From assembly GCA_016748015.1 (NCBI GenBank), contig JAAOMT010000351.1:1-24057 (forward strand): 24,057 nt of DNA, read 5' to 3'. Within the stretch, counting starts at the first letter, position 1, and every line of letters begins with the position of its first letter. The notes under the pieces are model-generated. The model searched no databases. It saw nothing but the letters and a program-made list of their open reading frames with translations, and was not told where the DNA came from. Both the position numbers and the translations under genes were made by a program. Of this stretch, positions 1 through 11,629 are shown in pieces. This stretch comes from Geosiphon pyriformis uo1 (taxonomy: Eukaryota > Fungi > Glomeromycota).

Positions 1-335
1 ATTACTTATAAAATAATAAAATAATAATAATATTTAATATATATAATAAATAAGTTAACAAATAATATAATATTAAAATTTTAAAAAACCAAAAAAGATT
101 TTAAAAATTTTAAAAATATTAAAAATTCTAAATTTTTGTATTATAAAAATTTATATGATAATAGTAATTTTAAAAACAAAAAAACATTAAATTATTAATT
201 TATTTAATTTAAAAGTTAATAAATTTAGTATTTAAAATAAAATTTTTATTTAATAAAAACACAATTATTATATTAAATTAAATTAAATTATTTATTAAAA
301 TTGTATATATATAAATTATAATCTATTTTATTACC
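1..335. other. Extremely AT-rich low-complexity zone, possibly terminally eroded repeat
   Basis: Almost only A/T, no ORF, abrupt junction with element A coding remnant near 335. Confidence 0.6.
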
Positions 336-339
336 AATT

Positions 340-1010
340 CAGATACTCTAAATTCGATTTTATTTTCATCATTCTTGTCTGGCAGGAGAATGCTAAGAGC
401 ATAGCATTTTAAACACCATTGATCATCACAAGACATAACACATTCTTTACATAATTGAATGTTTATTTGCTCTAATTATTAAATTTGAGCTTCTTTGGTT
501 GGGTATGTATGACTTGTAATTTGGTGGTAGGTTTCTACTTCATCTTTATATTCAAATCCAGCTAATTTCATAGTATACTCAATGTATTCAGCTTCTTTTA
601 TTTGGCAGATATCTTCTTGGGTGGCTTTATTAATTAATGCTATTACTAAGTCAAAAATTATTTCAGCATCATAAAAGTAGTAGTAAAATTTATTGAGAGC
701 ACTGTTGCATGCTGCATCAAATAGTTGACTTTTTTCGAAATTAATAGAGCATATTAACAGGTTTAATTCTATACTTCTCCTCTCATTGCAACATCAATCC
801 AGTTGTATTCTTCTGGTAGCATATTTCCACATGTGAGACAAGATGTGTTGTTTTATTTTCCACTTTTTTTTGGAGATCCAAATCATTCTCTATGACATGC
901 TTTGCAGAAGTAGCAAATGCAAGTTTCATATTCTTCTTCTGAGGAAATATAGGCTCTCATAGATAAAAGCTTCTTTTTGCAATCTTTGTATTTTAGTAGA
1001 ATATATGATG
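340..1010 (-). pseudogene. Cys-rich (putative multi-zinc) domain of element A pol
   Basis: YKDCKKKLLSM...CYFCKACHRE...K*NNTSCLTCG...TC*YAL...LCKECVMSCDDQWCLKC; homologous to B 7155-7800 and C 17030-17630. Confidence 0.7.
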
Positions 1011-1189
1011 GTTTTTTTTGTGGTTTTGGTGTAAAATATCTAACTTTCTTCCATCTTCTTGATTTTTCAAAAATTTCTTATTCTGTTTCCTCAGCCCAAT
1101 TGGATGTTGATCCAAGAGCCATGTAGGTTTCAGTAAGTGGCATTTCTTTTTTCTCCTTAAATTCGAATACTGGGGCTTTTTCTGATTAT

Positions 1190-1600
1190 TTGTTAAAAGT
1201 ATCACAAGTAGCAGATACTATGGTGTAATCTCCTTGGTATAAGATTTTTAATTCCTGAGTTTCCCAGTCTAAGTTTGCATTGGCCTTAAGAAGCCAATCA
1301 TTTCCAACAAGAGCTTGGTATTGAGGTACATCCATAACTAGAACTTTGACTGGAATGATAATTCCATCAATAGTGAATAGAAAGTTGTTAATTTCTTTTA
1401 CTGGTGTTTTTTTCATACTATCTGCTATAACAATTACTGTTTGGGCTGGTCTGTTGACATTTTGATTGAGTTATTGCATTAATTGGTAGGTAATAATACT
1501 TCCAGTGAATTCATTATCTAGAATTAATCAAATGGGCTTTCTTTCTACTGTAGCTTCAGTATACATGGCAGTGATAGTTTTTTGCTCATTGACTGCTGCA
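1190..1600 (-). pseudogene. Retropepsin aspartic protease, element A
   Basis: AMYTEATVERKPI*LILDNEFTGSIIT (eroded DSG), IPVKVLVMDVPQYQALVGNDWL flap/GxDW motif (ORFs 1186-1416 and 1528-1776). Confidence 0.85.
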
Positions 1601-2139
1601 TTGCTAAGCAAGAATAGTAATTTATTTGCTTCAAATTCGAATGAGAATATATCTGAAAAATTAGCATTTTGGGCAATTTGGGCTAGTAGAATAGTATTGT
1701 TGAAAGAGTTTGATTTTGGTACTACAACTTCATCTTCAAAAAGTGCAGTTTGTTGAAAATCCGATTTTTCTTGCATTGTTAAATAACTGGGTTGAGTGTA
1801 AAACTGAATGGGTCTTTGTTGAACAGAATTTTAGGAAACTAGTTGATTATTGAAATTAAATCTGTTGTGATTTGTTAAAAAACGGTTTTGTAGTGTGAAT
1901 TGGTTTTGTTAGACCAATCTTCTAACTAGTACTTGATATTGTTAAGTGGATGGTGTTTGATATTACTAAATTGGTAAAGATTGCTGATATTGTTGCTATA
2001 TTGGTTGTGGAGCTGGTTGATAGTAATTGTTTTGATTTTGTGGTCTTGGTGGGCAATAAATTGGTGATAGGGATTAGTAATAAGTTTGTTGTAGTGGAGA
2101 GTAATATTGATTACTCCTGTTTTGTTAATCTCTTTACAA

Positions 2140-2900
2140 TTTTTTGCAATCTTGTTTTTAATGTCCTGGAATCCCACAATAATGACAACTTTAGCTTTAA
2201 TTATTTGATGATAATGAATAGTTGGTTTGGTTTTGTCATTGTGGTGGCTAATATCTTTGTGGTTGTTGCTGTTGTTGCTAGTTGGTAAAATAGTTTTCAA
2301 CCTTTTTTGTAAGTTGGTCAATTTTTTTTTTAGCTGCTGAGCTGGTTTTTTCAATAGTAAGATTCACAAGTTTGGTATAGTTTGCTTCTTCTATTACCAT
2401 TTCATAGTTTTTTGCATGTCTAATGGCTGTTGTTAAATCTGCTAAAGCATATAGACAAACTTTTTTAACCAATTTGTCTTTTAATCCTATTATAAATTGA
2501 TCCAAAATCTGGGCATCAGAATAGTATTCATTGGTTTCCAATTGTTAAATTCATCAAAGAAGTTTGTTGAATCTCCCAAGATAAGTCATAACAGTTTCAA
2601 ATGTTTCTTGTTTGATATTGCGAAAGTGATTGCAGAGAGTAATAGAGGTGTTGTTGTTGGTGAATTGTTGTAAGAAAGCATCTTTGAATGCTTGCCAATT
2701 TCTAAATAGTTCTTCTAAGTTTTCAAACTATTCTCCTACAGTTCCTTAGAGAAAGTATGAGATTGCTTTGAGCATTTTTGCTGCATTCCAACCATTTGCA
2801 TCTCCTGCTTTTTGAACTTTGTCAAGCCATTTTTAAGGGCTGGTATTATTATTTTTACCAGTAAATTCTAGAATCTTTACAATATAAGCAGTTGCCATTT
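2140..2900 (-). pseudogene. gag: Gag capsid plus CCHC zinc knuckle, element A
   Basis: MATAYIVKILEFTG..KWLDKVQKAGDANGWN..WQAFKDAFLQQF..KQETFETVMTYLGRF..ILDQFIIGLKDKL; knuckle CHYCGIPGH*KQDC near 2140-2192. Confidence 0.85.
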
Positions 2901-3282
2901 CTTCTTTGTTTTCTTGTTCTGATTCAGTTTCTTCACTTTCCAAGTTTTCTGAATAATTATTTTTGTTTTTCTGTAAGTAATCAATAATATTGGTGCTTGT
3001 TCATATGAGTTTCTGTTATTGAGTAGGATTTCTAAATAACTAATAATCTTCTGGTCTGGAGAAATGGTTAAGTGGTGAATTTGATATTTGTGGTTGAATA
3101 AGTAAAATTGAAAATAGTGTAATAGAAAGTAGTAATTTGATACTGGTTTCTTGTTTAGGTGTTTGCAAGTGTTTGGCAGTTGTCTTTGATAATATTGGAG
3201 TGTTTGGAGTGGTTTTTGAGTATTGTTTCACTTTTTGTTTGCCTTTAGTAAATGTTTCTGTTTCTGATTCAAAGTCAAAAAA

Positions 3283-3711
3283 TTATTTGGACTGTACTGG
3301 ATATTTTTCTTTACAATACTCAATAATGTTAAAATTAAGTTCTTGGAAGTAGGTAGCAAGTGTTTCACTGCTTAGGTTATCTGTTCCCAATTGTAAATAA
3401 TATACTAAATTATTGTAGAGGTTGTTTCTGACTTCTAAAATATTATAGTTTCCAAAAAAATAGTTGTTAATGTGATTTTCAATATATTGGTATAGTAATT
3501 TCTTGAAAATTTCAATTCCGTCTTGAATGTTGAATCTTTGCTTGCAGTGTGCATAGATTGACTGATAATACTTTAGAGTTGTTGTGTCTGGTGTAGTCAC
3601 CACTTTGAAATTGTTTTTGCTGTGTTGTTTCTGTGGAAGAGCACCAAATGTTACTGGAGGTTTTAGTTTCTTTTTTTGAATGTTGTTAATGTTAATTTGC
3701 TGTGAATTCAT
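3283..3711 (-). pseudogene. Gag N-terminal extension, conserved helical domain of unknown function, element A
   Basis: ORF 3283-3711 aligns by eye with C 14538-14845 (TPD..L.Y...IY; LYQYIENHIN vs LTYYINARIN; IIEYCKEKYPV vs IEQYVNKNFPI). Confidence 0.6.
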
Positions 3712-4051
3712 GTTCTTAGGAAGTAATTGGATCTCTCATAACTGAATTTATCTTCAAATTATCTTCTATAATTTGAACCACTGGGCTTATAAATGGAATA
3801 GCCAATTTCTTGCCAGTTATTTTATGTAGTTACATTGTAATAAAATGTCAACTCTTTCCCAAGAATTGCTTGTCTGGAAGCTCACTAAAAATGTGTAGTT
3901 ACTTTGCTGTGAAAGTCAACTCTTCTACAAGAATCTCATCCATAAACTATCTAAATGATTATAATAAGAAAGAAAAGAAAAATAACAAAATATAAAAGAA
4001 ATAGAATTGTGTCAAAAAAAACGTTTTCTATCCAGGTTTGGAGTCATTAAC

Positions 4052-4652
4052 AGATTATTGAAATTGGTAGCTAATTAATTTCAAAACATTAGTTGTGTTA
4101 AGGGAATTTCAAGTGTAATAATTTTAAGGATTTGTTTTCGAATATTTAATTTTTATTTGAAATATGTAAAAAGTAATTTGTTTTAATTAAGATATCTAAA
4201 GTAAGATATTATGTTAAGATACTATGAGAAGATATGAGAAGATATGAAAAAATACATTTTCTTGAAAAGAGAAGCTCTTTTTTTATATAACTTGTTGTAG
4301 TACTAGTCTTTGAACTTGTATTTTTCTTTTTGCTCTAATTTCAGTGAACTTAAGATATATTTTGGTAAACTACAAGTTATTTCTACAAATTATTGATTAT
4401 TTCGGCCAATTTTTCATTAATTTTGGCAAATTTTGACTATATTAAATGGTTCAGAGTATTGTGTAATTTAATCATTTTAATTTCTATAGGACAAATCGGG
4501 TTATTGGTTAAGTAATAATATTTGATAATTTGGCTAATTAATAAGTAATAATTGAAATGATAATAATATGCTACTTAATAATAAGAATTATGAAGATAAT
4601 TTCGTACTAATTAATAGCTAAAATTCTATTAGTAACATTAACAAACATTACA
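4052..4652 (-). repeat. Putative 5' LTR of element A (inner border uncertain)
   Basis: Non-coding, begins TG on the minus strand at 4652 where B gag coding resumes on the plus strand, TATATAAAA at 4281-4289 (minus), 10-bp periodic array upstream of it. No partner LTR in the window. Confidence 0.45.
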
Positions 4653-5219
4653 ACATGAGCCATTACTAAAACTTTTCACATAGTTGATATGAACATTAAA
4701 CATTATGTGGAAAAATGTTTTTCTTAAGTAAACCAAACCAGAAAATTAGACTCTAGAAAAGACAAGTTCAGATTCAATCTAACAACTGAAAGGGAACAAG
4801 CCAAATCTACAGTTAACAAAAAACTGAAAATTCTTTCCCCAACAACTCTATTATACTATCAGATACTCCAAAGTAGAATTGTATTCAACCCACCTCCAGA
4901 AATCCAATCAGAAACACCACAAACTCTTGGAAATTCACACCCTTGAAGGCATTACAGTTGGACCAAATTCCTAGGAAAATACAGATTGTTGTTTAGAAAT
5001 CTGATTCCTAAAATTCATAAAACTGATGAAAATATGTCAATTTAAGAATCACTAACAGCACAAACCTCAGCAAGATCAGCAACTTCCTCTATAAAAGAAA
5101 CAGCTATTTTTTAACCTATTGGTTCTAATAACAAAGGAAAACAACCAGAACTAGCACCAGAAAAACTCTCTAACATATAAACATCAATTCTCTTAAACTC
5201 TCTACCTATTAACCAGATT

Positions 5220-5990
5220 ATGACTTACTAAGATACCACGAAATTGGAAAAATTTTTCAGTAAAGAAAACAATACATATTTGTGGATTGTAGAAGCTGAG
5301 AAAGCAATTACCACCAACAATTGGGATGATGACAGAGCTATCCAAGTGCTGTCATTCTTTCTAATAGAAACTGCAAACTTGTGGTATCAAAGTTTGACAG
5401 AAAAGCCAACTGACTTTGCCATTTTCAAGCTTGTCTTTTTATGATACTTCTGTAATTCTAATACTCTAATTAGATTACAAAATCAGTTCAGTATTATAAA
5501 ACAAAAAAATCATGAAGCAGTAACCACTTATCTTGAATGATTCAATCAAATTTTTTATCAAATACAGGCCATTGAAAAAGACTACTACATCATAGTGCAA
5601 GTTCTTAACCAATTCATCAAGAAGTTAAGAAGTAGTATTCTAAGATTTGTAAGACTCCAACATCTGACAAATCTGCAAGATGCTGTTACCCTGATGCACA
5701 ATTTCAAGTCAGTTAAACAAGAAACTAATCATACTGAAGCTATCAACTTAGCCATTAACAAAATTTTCAACATGGATGCAAAAATAACTCAATTAAGTAA
5801 AAAATTAACTCAGAAAATTGAGGGATTCTTAGCTGGTACAACAGAAACCTATCAACCATCCCAAAGGAGAAAAAATTATAACAGCAGCAGATATTCACAG
5901 CAATAGGACCACTAACAACCTTGGAAAACTGATCTCCATAATTGTTATTATTGCCAAAAACTTAGACATATTGTTCAGGATTGTCAACAG
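5220..5990 (+). pseudogene. gag: Gag capsid plus CCHC knuckle, element B
   Basis: WIVEAEKAITTNNWDDDRAIQVLSFFL..WYQSL..KQKNHEAVTTYL..VLNQFIKKLRSSI; CYYCQKLRHIVQDC at 5943-5984. Confidence 0.85.
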
Positions 5991-6539
5991 AAATTAGTAG
6001 ACCAGAATTGGAAAAATTAATATCAACAACCAAAATATTCTCAGGCCAGAGGACCCCAATATCTACTGCTCTTATACTTACAACCATTTACATATAACTA
6101 GCAACCACCTTAGAACTATTATTAGCCATTACAGCCAATAGCTCAAGCAGCACCTCACTATCAAAACTCCAATTATAATTAACTTAGACCTCATACAATA
6201 GATTATAACCAAGGATGGAGGAACTCCAGCAACAATTAGATACAAACAAATAGCATATCAGCATGATTTATCAATTATGGTCATGTCTCATCTTGGCCCA
6301 TACCATCTGCATATCCGAATCAAGCCTTCTATTTTGGTCTTAATGAAATCCAGAATTTTAATAGCTCTATATCTTTAGAAGGGAAAGAGGTAGAAAAAAT
6401 TCCCAATTCTTTGAATTAAAAGCAAAACCACAATACCATCCCACTTACCATTATTACAGAAGACACCATCTTTGTCACTATTTTCTCTTTTAACATGAAT
6501 AATCTGAATACTCCTAGTCTTTTTAGTAGAATTACCATT

Positions 6540-6940
6540 AACTAGAATAAATCCATAATGATACTATACACTGATGCTAAAGTTAGAAACATAGACATTA
6601 AATTAATCCTCAATAACAGATCAGCAGATAGTATAATCACAAAACAATTCATAGACTAATTAGGTTAATGAGTAGACTGTACAACAACTGCCTGAATTAT
6701 TACTACAGATGACAATACCAAGACTTCCATTGGAGAAATTGATAATTTCTTTTTCAAGATTAATGGAATCCAAATTTCTACTAAAGTTCTGGTCATGAAA
6801 GCCACACAATATTAAGCTTTTATTAGAAATGACTGGTTAGCCAAAGCCCATGCTATCCTTGATTGGAATATGCAGGAACTGCAAATTATTTATAATAGAC
6901 AACATGCCCAAGTTCTGGCTACATGTGGATATTTTAAAGC
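6540..6940 (+). pseudogene. Aspartic protease, element B
   Basis: IKLILNNRSADSII (eroded DSGSAG), TKVLVMKATQY*AFIRNDWL, VLATCGYFK; matches A and C proteases. Confidence 0.8.
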
Positions 6941-7154
6941 CCAGAGTTCAGAGCCACCACTAATAGAATTTAAAGAAACAACTTCATTATTAACAATAAA
7001 AACATACCAAGTTTCTTGGGCAGATGATTTTCAAATGGAGTTATCACTATCACCAATCTGGGAAAAAAAAAAAAAAAAAAGAGCTGAAAAAGAACCTCTA
7101 GCATCACTATTAGATTATTTAGCTTCAAGTTAACAAAATCTATTCTATTAACCT

Positions 7155-7800
7155 CCAAAGCTAATTTGTGTCAATTGTGGGAAGAAGTTATCCTTCATGA
7201 GTGTATGTATAGAAGATAATGAAAAATGGCCAACTGTAACAAAATATTATTGTAGACTATGTGTATTGGAAAGATTTAGAAGACTGAAATGACAAGGCAA
7301 ATAGAACAATACACTATGTCTTGCCTATGGCAGAATCTTGCTAAATAAAAAGTTCTAAAATAATGTGCTTGGCAGAGAAAAAATGTGTAATAAAGCATGT
7401 CAATACACCATCTTAATCAATAATTGGATATAAAAAAGAATTTTAATTAAGGCTGTCTGGTGATAAGCACTGAATAAATTAGATGGCTACTTGCATAATG
7501 AGCATGAAATATGGAGAATAGCAAGTGCCAAGACTGGAGGAGCCACATTCAATGAAATACAAAAAATTAAAGAAAATTTATTTGTACCTAAATATGAAGA
7601 ACCTGATTATATTACTGAAGATTTTTTTATTAATAATCTGAACACATTTTAGGATCAATACCAAGAATTGGTCTTGACTTAAGAAAAACAAGAGCAAAAA
7701 TTAGCTGACTTGAATACTAAACTGTGCAATCACTGTTTGATCCTTTGTTATTTCCAGTACTGTAATAAATGTAATTTCATGTTCAATCCGCCTCCAAGAA
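7155..7800 (+). pseudogene. Cys-rich (putative multi-zinc) domain of element B pol
   Basis: CVNCGKKLSFM..YYCRLC..K*NNTLCLAYG..MCNKACQYTIL..LCNHCLILCYFQYCNKC. Confidence 0.7.
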
Positions 7801-7944
7801 TACTGTTTCCAATCATTAAACTACCTGACCCCAAGAAAAAAGAGGGATTAATTGCCAAAGACATGTTATTTTAAAAGCAATCTGAGGCTGCCAAAACAGA
7901 ACAGTATCTCGCATATCCCAATCTTTCCAAAAAAATAGAATTGA

Positions 7945-8370
7945 AATGATATAACAATAATAATAAAAGAATTTGCTCTGAAAGAACACATAAGATCAAT
8001 GCTGGCTTTGACTTATGATACTTAAGACAATTACCCATAGTTATAATCTCACACTTCCTAGTAAAAGTAGATCTCAAAATACCACTAAAAATTCCAGTTA
8101 GTACAATAGTACAAGTTGCCTCTTAATCCAGTCTAGCAAAAAAGAGAATTAATGTAAAAAAAGGAATTATTGATACCAGTTATATGGGAAACATTATCAC
8201 AATATTACAAAACAATTCAGATAAATCCTACAAAATAGAATTACATAAAAAAATAGTCCAAGCTATCTTTCTGTTCCTAGTTAAAATACTACAATTAACT
8301 CTGATTACTACTTGCAAAAAGTTAAGTTTTACTACCAAAGAAATCAATAGATTCAAATCAAGTAGAAAAA
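7945..8370 (+). pseudogene. dut: dUTPase domain in pol, element B
   Basis: Five trimeric-dUTPase motifs in order: AGFDL, AS*SSLAKK, GIIDTSYMG, KIVQAIF, KEINRFKSSR (G>A-eroded RGxxGFGSSG). Confidence 0.85.
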
Positions 8371-8879
8371 AAAATATACCAGTTAATTTCACAGAGAAAG
8401 ACAGTAACAAAGTAGAATTTATCTACATTAACACCATCATTTTCATTCCTCCATACAGACAATACATTCTTAAAGTAAACTGAAAAATCCAAAGTCGAGC
8501 TTTGTTATTCAAAGCAGATCCCAAAATCTGTTTCCTAGCCAATATTGCTAATTTATACCTACTCGCAAAAGCTCATAAACACTTTAAAATTCTCATTTAC
8601 AATCTGACTAAAAATGTTATAGAAATTCTGGAGGAAACTTTTGTTAGTTCTATATCTCCAAATATTCAGAATTCAGAAAAATTTCAGCCCATTTTAGATT
8701 TTATGCAATTGTTTTTGTTCTGTGACATTACCTTACAAGTATGGAATTTGCCAAAAGAAAATTATTTGTTCATATCAGAAGAGATTAATAAATTAAATTT
8801 AGGAAACTTAAATACTCTGCAATAAATGCAATTCAAAGTTCTTCTGAATCAGTATGCCAATGTTTTTGTTAGCAAAAAT

Positions 8880-9580
8880 GAGTTATGATGTACAGACATC
8901 ATAAAACACCAAATCAACACAGGAAATACTTGACCTATTAAGCAATAAACTTACCAAGTACCTCTATTTGGCAATAATTTAATTAAGCAAGAAGTACAAC
9001 AAATGCTTAATAATAGCTTAATCAAAGAATTATTAAGCTTTTAGTTTTCTTCAATAGTCTTGGTCACCAAGAAAAATAGAAAAGTGCAATTTTGTATAGA
9101 TTACTGAAAATTAAATAGCATTTCTTGAAAAGATAGTTATCTCACTTCTCTTATCCAAGAAATTCTGAACAATCTAAGAAAAAAGAAATAGTTCTTATTA
9201 TTAGATTTAGCAAGTAGTTATTGGCAAGTTGAAATGGACGTCAAAGACAAAAAAAAAACAGTGTTTACAATTTGAGACAGCAATTTTAAGTCCAATGTGA
9301 TGCTTTTTAGACTTTGTAATACTTCTGCCACTTTTCAATGTCTTATAGATGTAGTATACAAAGGAATTCTTTGGAAATCAGTCGTAGTTTATTTGGATGA
9401 TACTAACATGTTCTTGGAAACATTTGATAACTATTTGCTTTACTTTTAATAAGTGTTCGAGCACTTTTGAGGTGCTGAATTAAAACTTAATCCCAACAAA
9501 TGCTTTTTCAGAAAAACCAGTGATTAAAAAAGACAGAGTTAAGTCTGATCCAGACAAAATCCAAAAAGTCAAAGACTTTC
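8880..9580 (+). pseudogene. pol: Reverse transcriptase (Ty3/Gypsy), element B
   Basis: KHQINTG, FCIDY*KLN, LDLASSYWQV, VMLFRLCN..ATFQ, VVYLDD at about 9385-9401, KLNPNKCFF; small deletion near 9520. Confidence 0.92.
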
Positions 9581-9699
9581 CAGCCTCAATCAATCTGTGT
9601 AAATTATGAAGATTTTTAGAATTGACATGATACTATTACCAATTTGTCAAAAGATTTTCAAAAACCACTCCATTACTTATTATCTAAATACATACCATA

Positions 9700-10165
9700 T
9701 TTGTGGAAGAAAAATCAACAGAAAGCATTTGACTATTTCAAGCAGTGACTGATCACTTTTTCTATATTAATTTATCCCAATTTCACTAAACATTTTATTG
9801 TTGCTACAGATGTCTTGAAAAATGCACTAAGAGCTGGCTTATTGCAAATAGGACTGGACAAAAGAGAACATTCAATTGTCTACACCAGTCACAGCATTAA
9901 TTCCACAGAAAAGATATATAGTACAATAGATTTAAAATGTCTCACTATTTATTGGGCCATACAGACTTGGAAACATTATCTTAGTCAACTATTTGACTTA
10001 TATACCGACTACAAAGAACTTATTTGGTTATTCAATAATTCACAATTAAAAAAAAAATATGTAAGATGGAGTACTTATCTACAACAATTCTCACTCAAAG
10101 TCTATTACAAAGAAGAATTAAAGAATACCAATACCAACAGTTTGTTAAGAATGCCACAAATCTAA
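9700..10165 (+). pseudogene. RNase H, element B
   Basis: FIVATDV, YSTIDLKCLTIYWAI..WKHYL, LYTDYK, NTNSLLR (ORF 9815-10165). Confidence 0.85.
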
Positions 10166-10369
10166 TTCAGAATCATGAATACAACCACTTATTAGTAAAT
10201 ACAGCAGTACTTGTCAACACTTTAGTTCCAAGAGATATTATCTCAACAGAAATAAAATACCATATGAAAACAAACACAAAACTACTTTATTTAAAACAAT
10301 TAACTATACTATCAAGAATAACAAAACCATATCACCCCACAGCAAGTTATAAAAGACAGTGAAAAGAAC

Positions 10370-11430
10370 ACTATTCTATATAGCATATACTTAGACCCAA
10401 CTACAAGACACTTTAACAAAGACACTACCTTAAAAAGAACAATAAACATATATTATTGGCCAACAATATATAAGAATATTTTCGAGTATATTCTTAATTA
10501 CAATTCATGCCAAAGAAGAGAAAAAGCCAAAATAACAGAACTATTTCAATCCATTCTAATTGGAAATTCATTTAATAGAATTGAGATCAATTTAGTTGGC
10601 CCTTTTTCTATAACATCTAAGAGAAATTAATACATTACTGTAGTTATAGACTACTTAACAAAATGGCTGAAAGCCAAAGCCATCCAAGTAGCAGATGCTA
10701 AAACAGTAGCTGAGTTTGTACACCAAGACCTGATTTGCAGACATGGATGCCTGAAAAAATTGCTATCTGACCAAGGAATGTATTTTGTTAATAGTACACT
10801 GACTGAATTAAGCCAACAGTTTAGAATAAAGTGACTTCTCTTGTTATCATATTATCTGTAAACAAATGGACTAGTTGAATAATTTAACTGAACATTGTAT
10901 AAAGTATTAGTAAAAATAAGCTATGAAAACACACAAGAATAGGACTTATTCATATTTTTTGTATTACTAGCATACTGAACATTAAAGCAAAATATGACTC
11001 AGTTTACATCATTTGAACTAGTTTATAAGAAAAAAGCAATGTTATCTATTGAACAAAAAATACAGTCATACTCAACTAAAATGATTACAGAAAGAAATTT
11101 TGAAGCTACTTTATACCAAAAAACATATCAGTTAATAGAAACATTAGAAGACAATTGTAAAATAGCAGCTGACAATATTAGTAATGCTTAAGAACAACAG
11201 AAAAAAAAATATGATAACTGTTTACCTAAGCAACCAATAGAATTCAAGATTGAGACCAAGTACTATTACATTATATAAAAGCTAAAAAACAATGAAGTGA
11301 AAAGTTTAACCCAAAGTGTGATGGTCTATTTTATATACAAGAAGTATTAGAAAATAGAGCTTACAAATTACAATTGGAAAACAAGATTTTAAAGAAAGTA
11401 GCTTATGGAAACCAATTAAAAATTTATTAT
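10370..11430 (+). pseudogene. Integrase (eroded HHCC, DDE core, GPY/F module), element B
   Basis: YYWP, INLVGP, IDYLTKWLKAKAI, LSDQGMYF, TNGLVE*FN, FTSFELVY, KFNPKCDGLFYIQEVLENRAYKL. Confidence 0.88.
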
Positions 11431-11629
11431 ACAAGACAACAGTTATTGTTATCTATGTATCAACTAGAAACACAAATTCTATTAATCAGACCAGAAAATA
11501 TATCATGAGATTTAGAACCAATTATCATCATCAAAACATAAAATTAATACACAACTATTTAACTGAAAAAATTTAAGTATATATAACTACTGAAACAACA
11601 AAAAAAAATAAGTTGATAAAACTTCCAAC

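Larger units (their letters stand above)
335..4652 (-). mobile_element. Element A: truncated degenerate Ty3/Gypsy-type LTR retrotransposon (putative 5' LTR, gag, protease, Cys-rich domain; RT/RH/IN lost)
   Basis: Minus-strand translation gives capsid-like Gag, a CHYCGIPGH*KQDC knuckle, protease LILDNEFTGSII and the Cys-rich domain, all collinear with elements B and C. Confidence 0.85.

Noticed and set aside
1505-3995. Plus-strand ORFs 1505-1756, 1950-2288, 3137-3352 and 3810-3995
   Set aside because: Antisense shadows of element A gag/protease with no independent motifs.
7063-7080. 18-A run as a retroposed poly(A) tail or frameshift signal
   Set aside because: In frame within a Lys/Glu/Gly-type linker and best explained by G>A erosion of purine-rich codons.
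335-7800. Large inverted repeat or hairpin formed by A and B
   Set aside because: Homology is evident at protein level only; the DNA is too divergent, and nesting explains the orientation.
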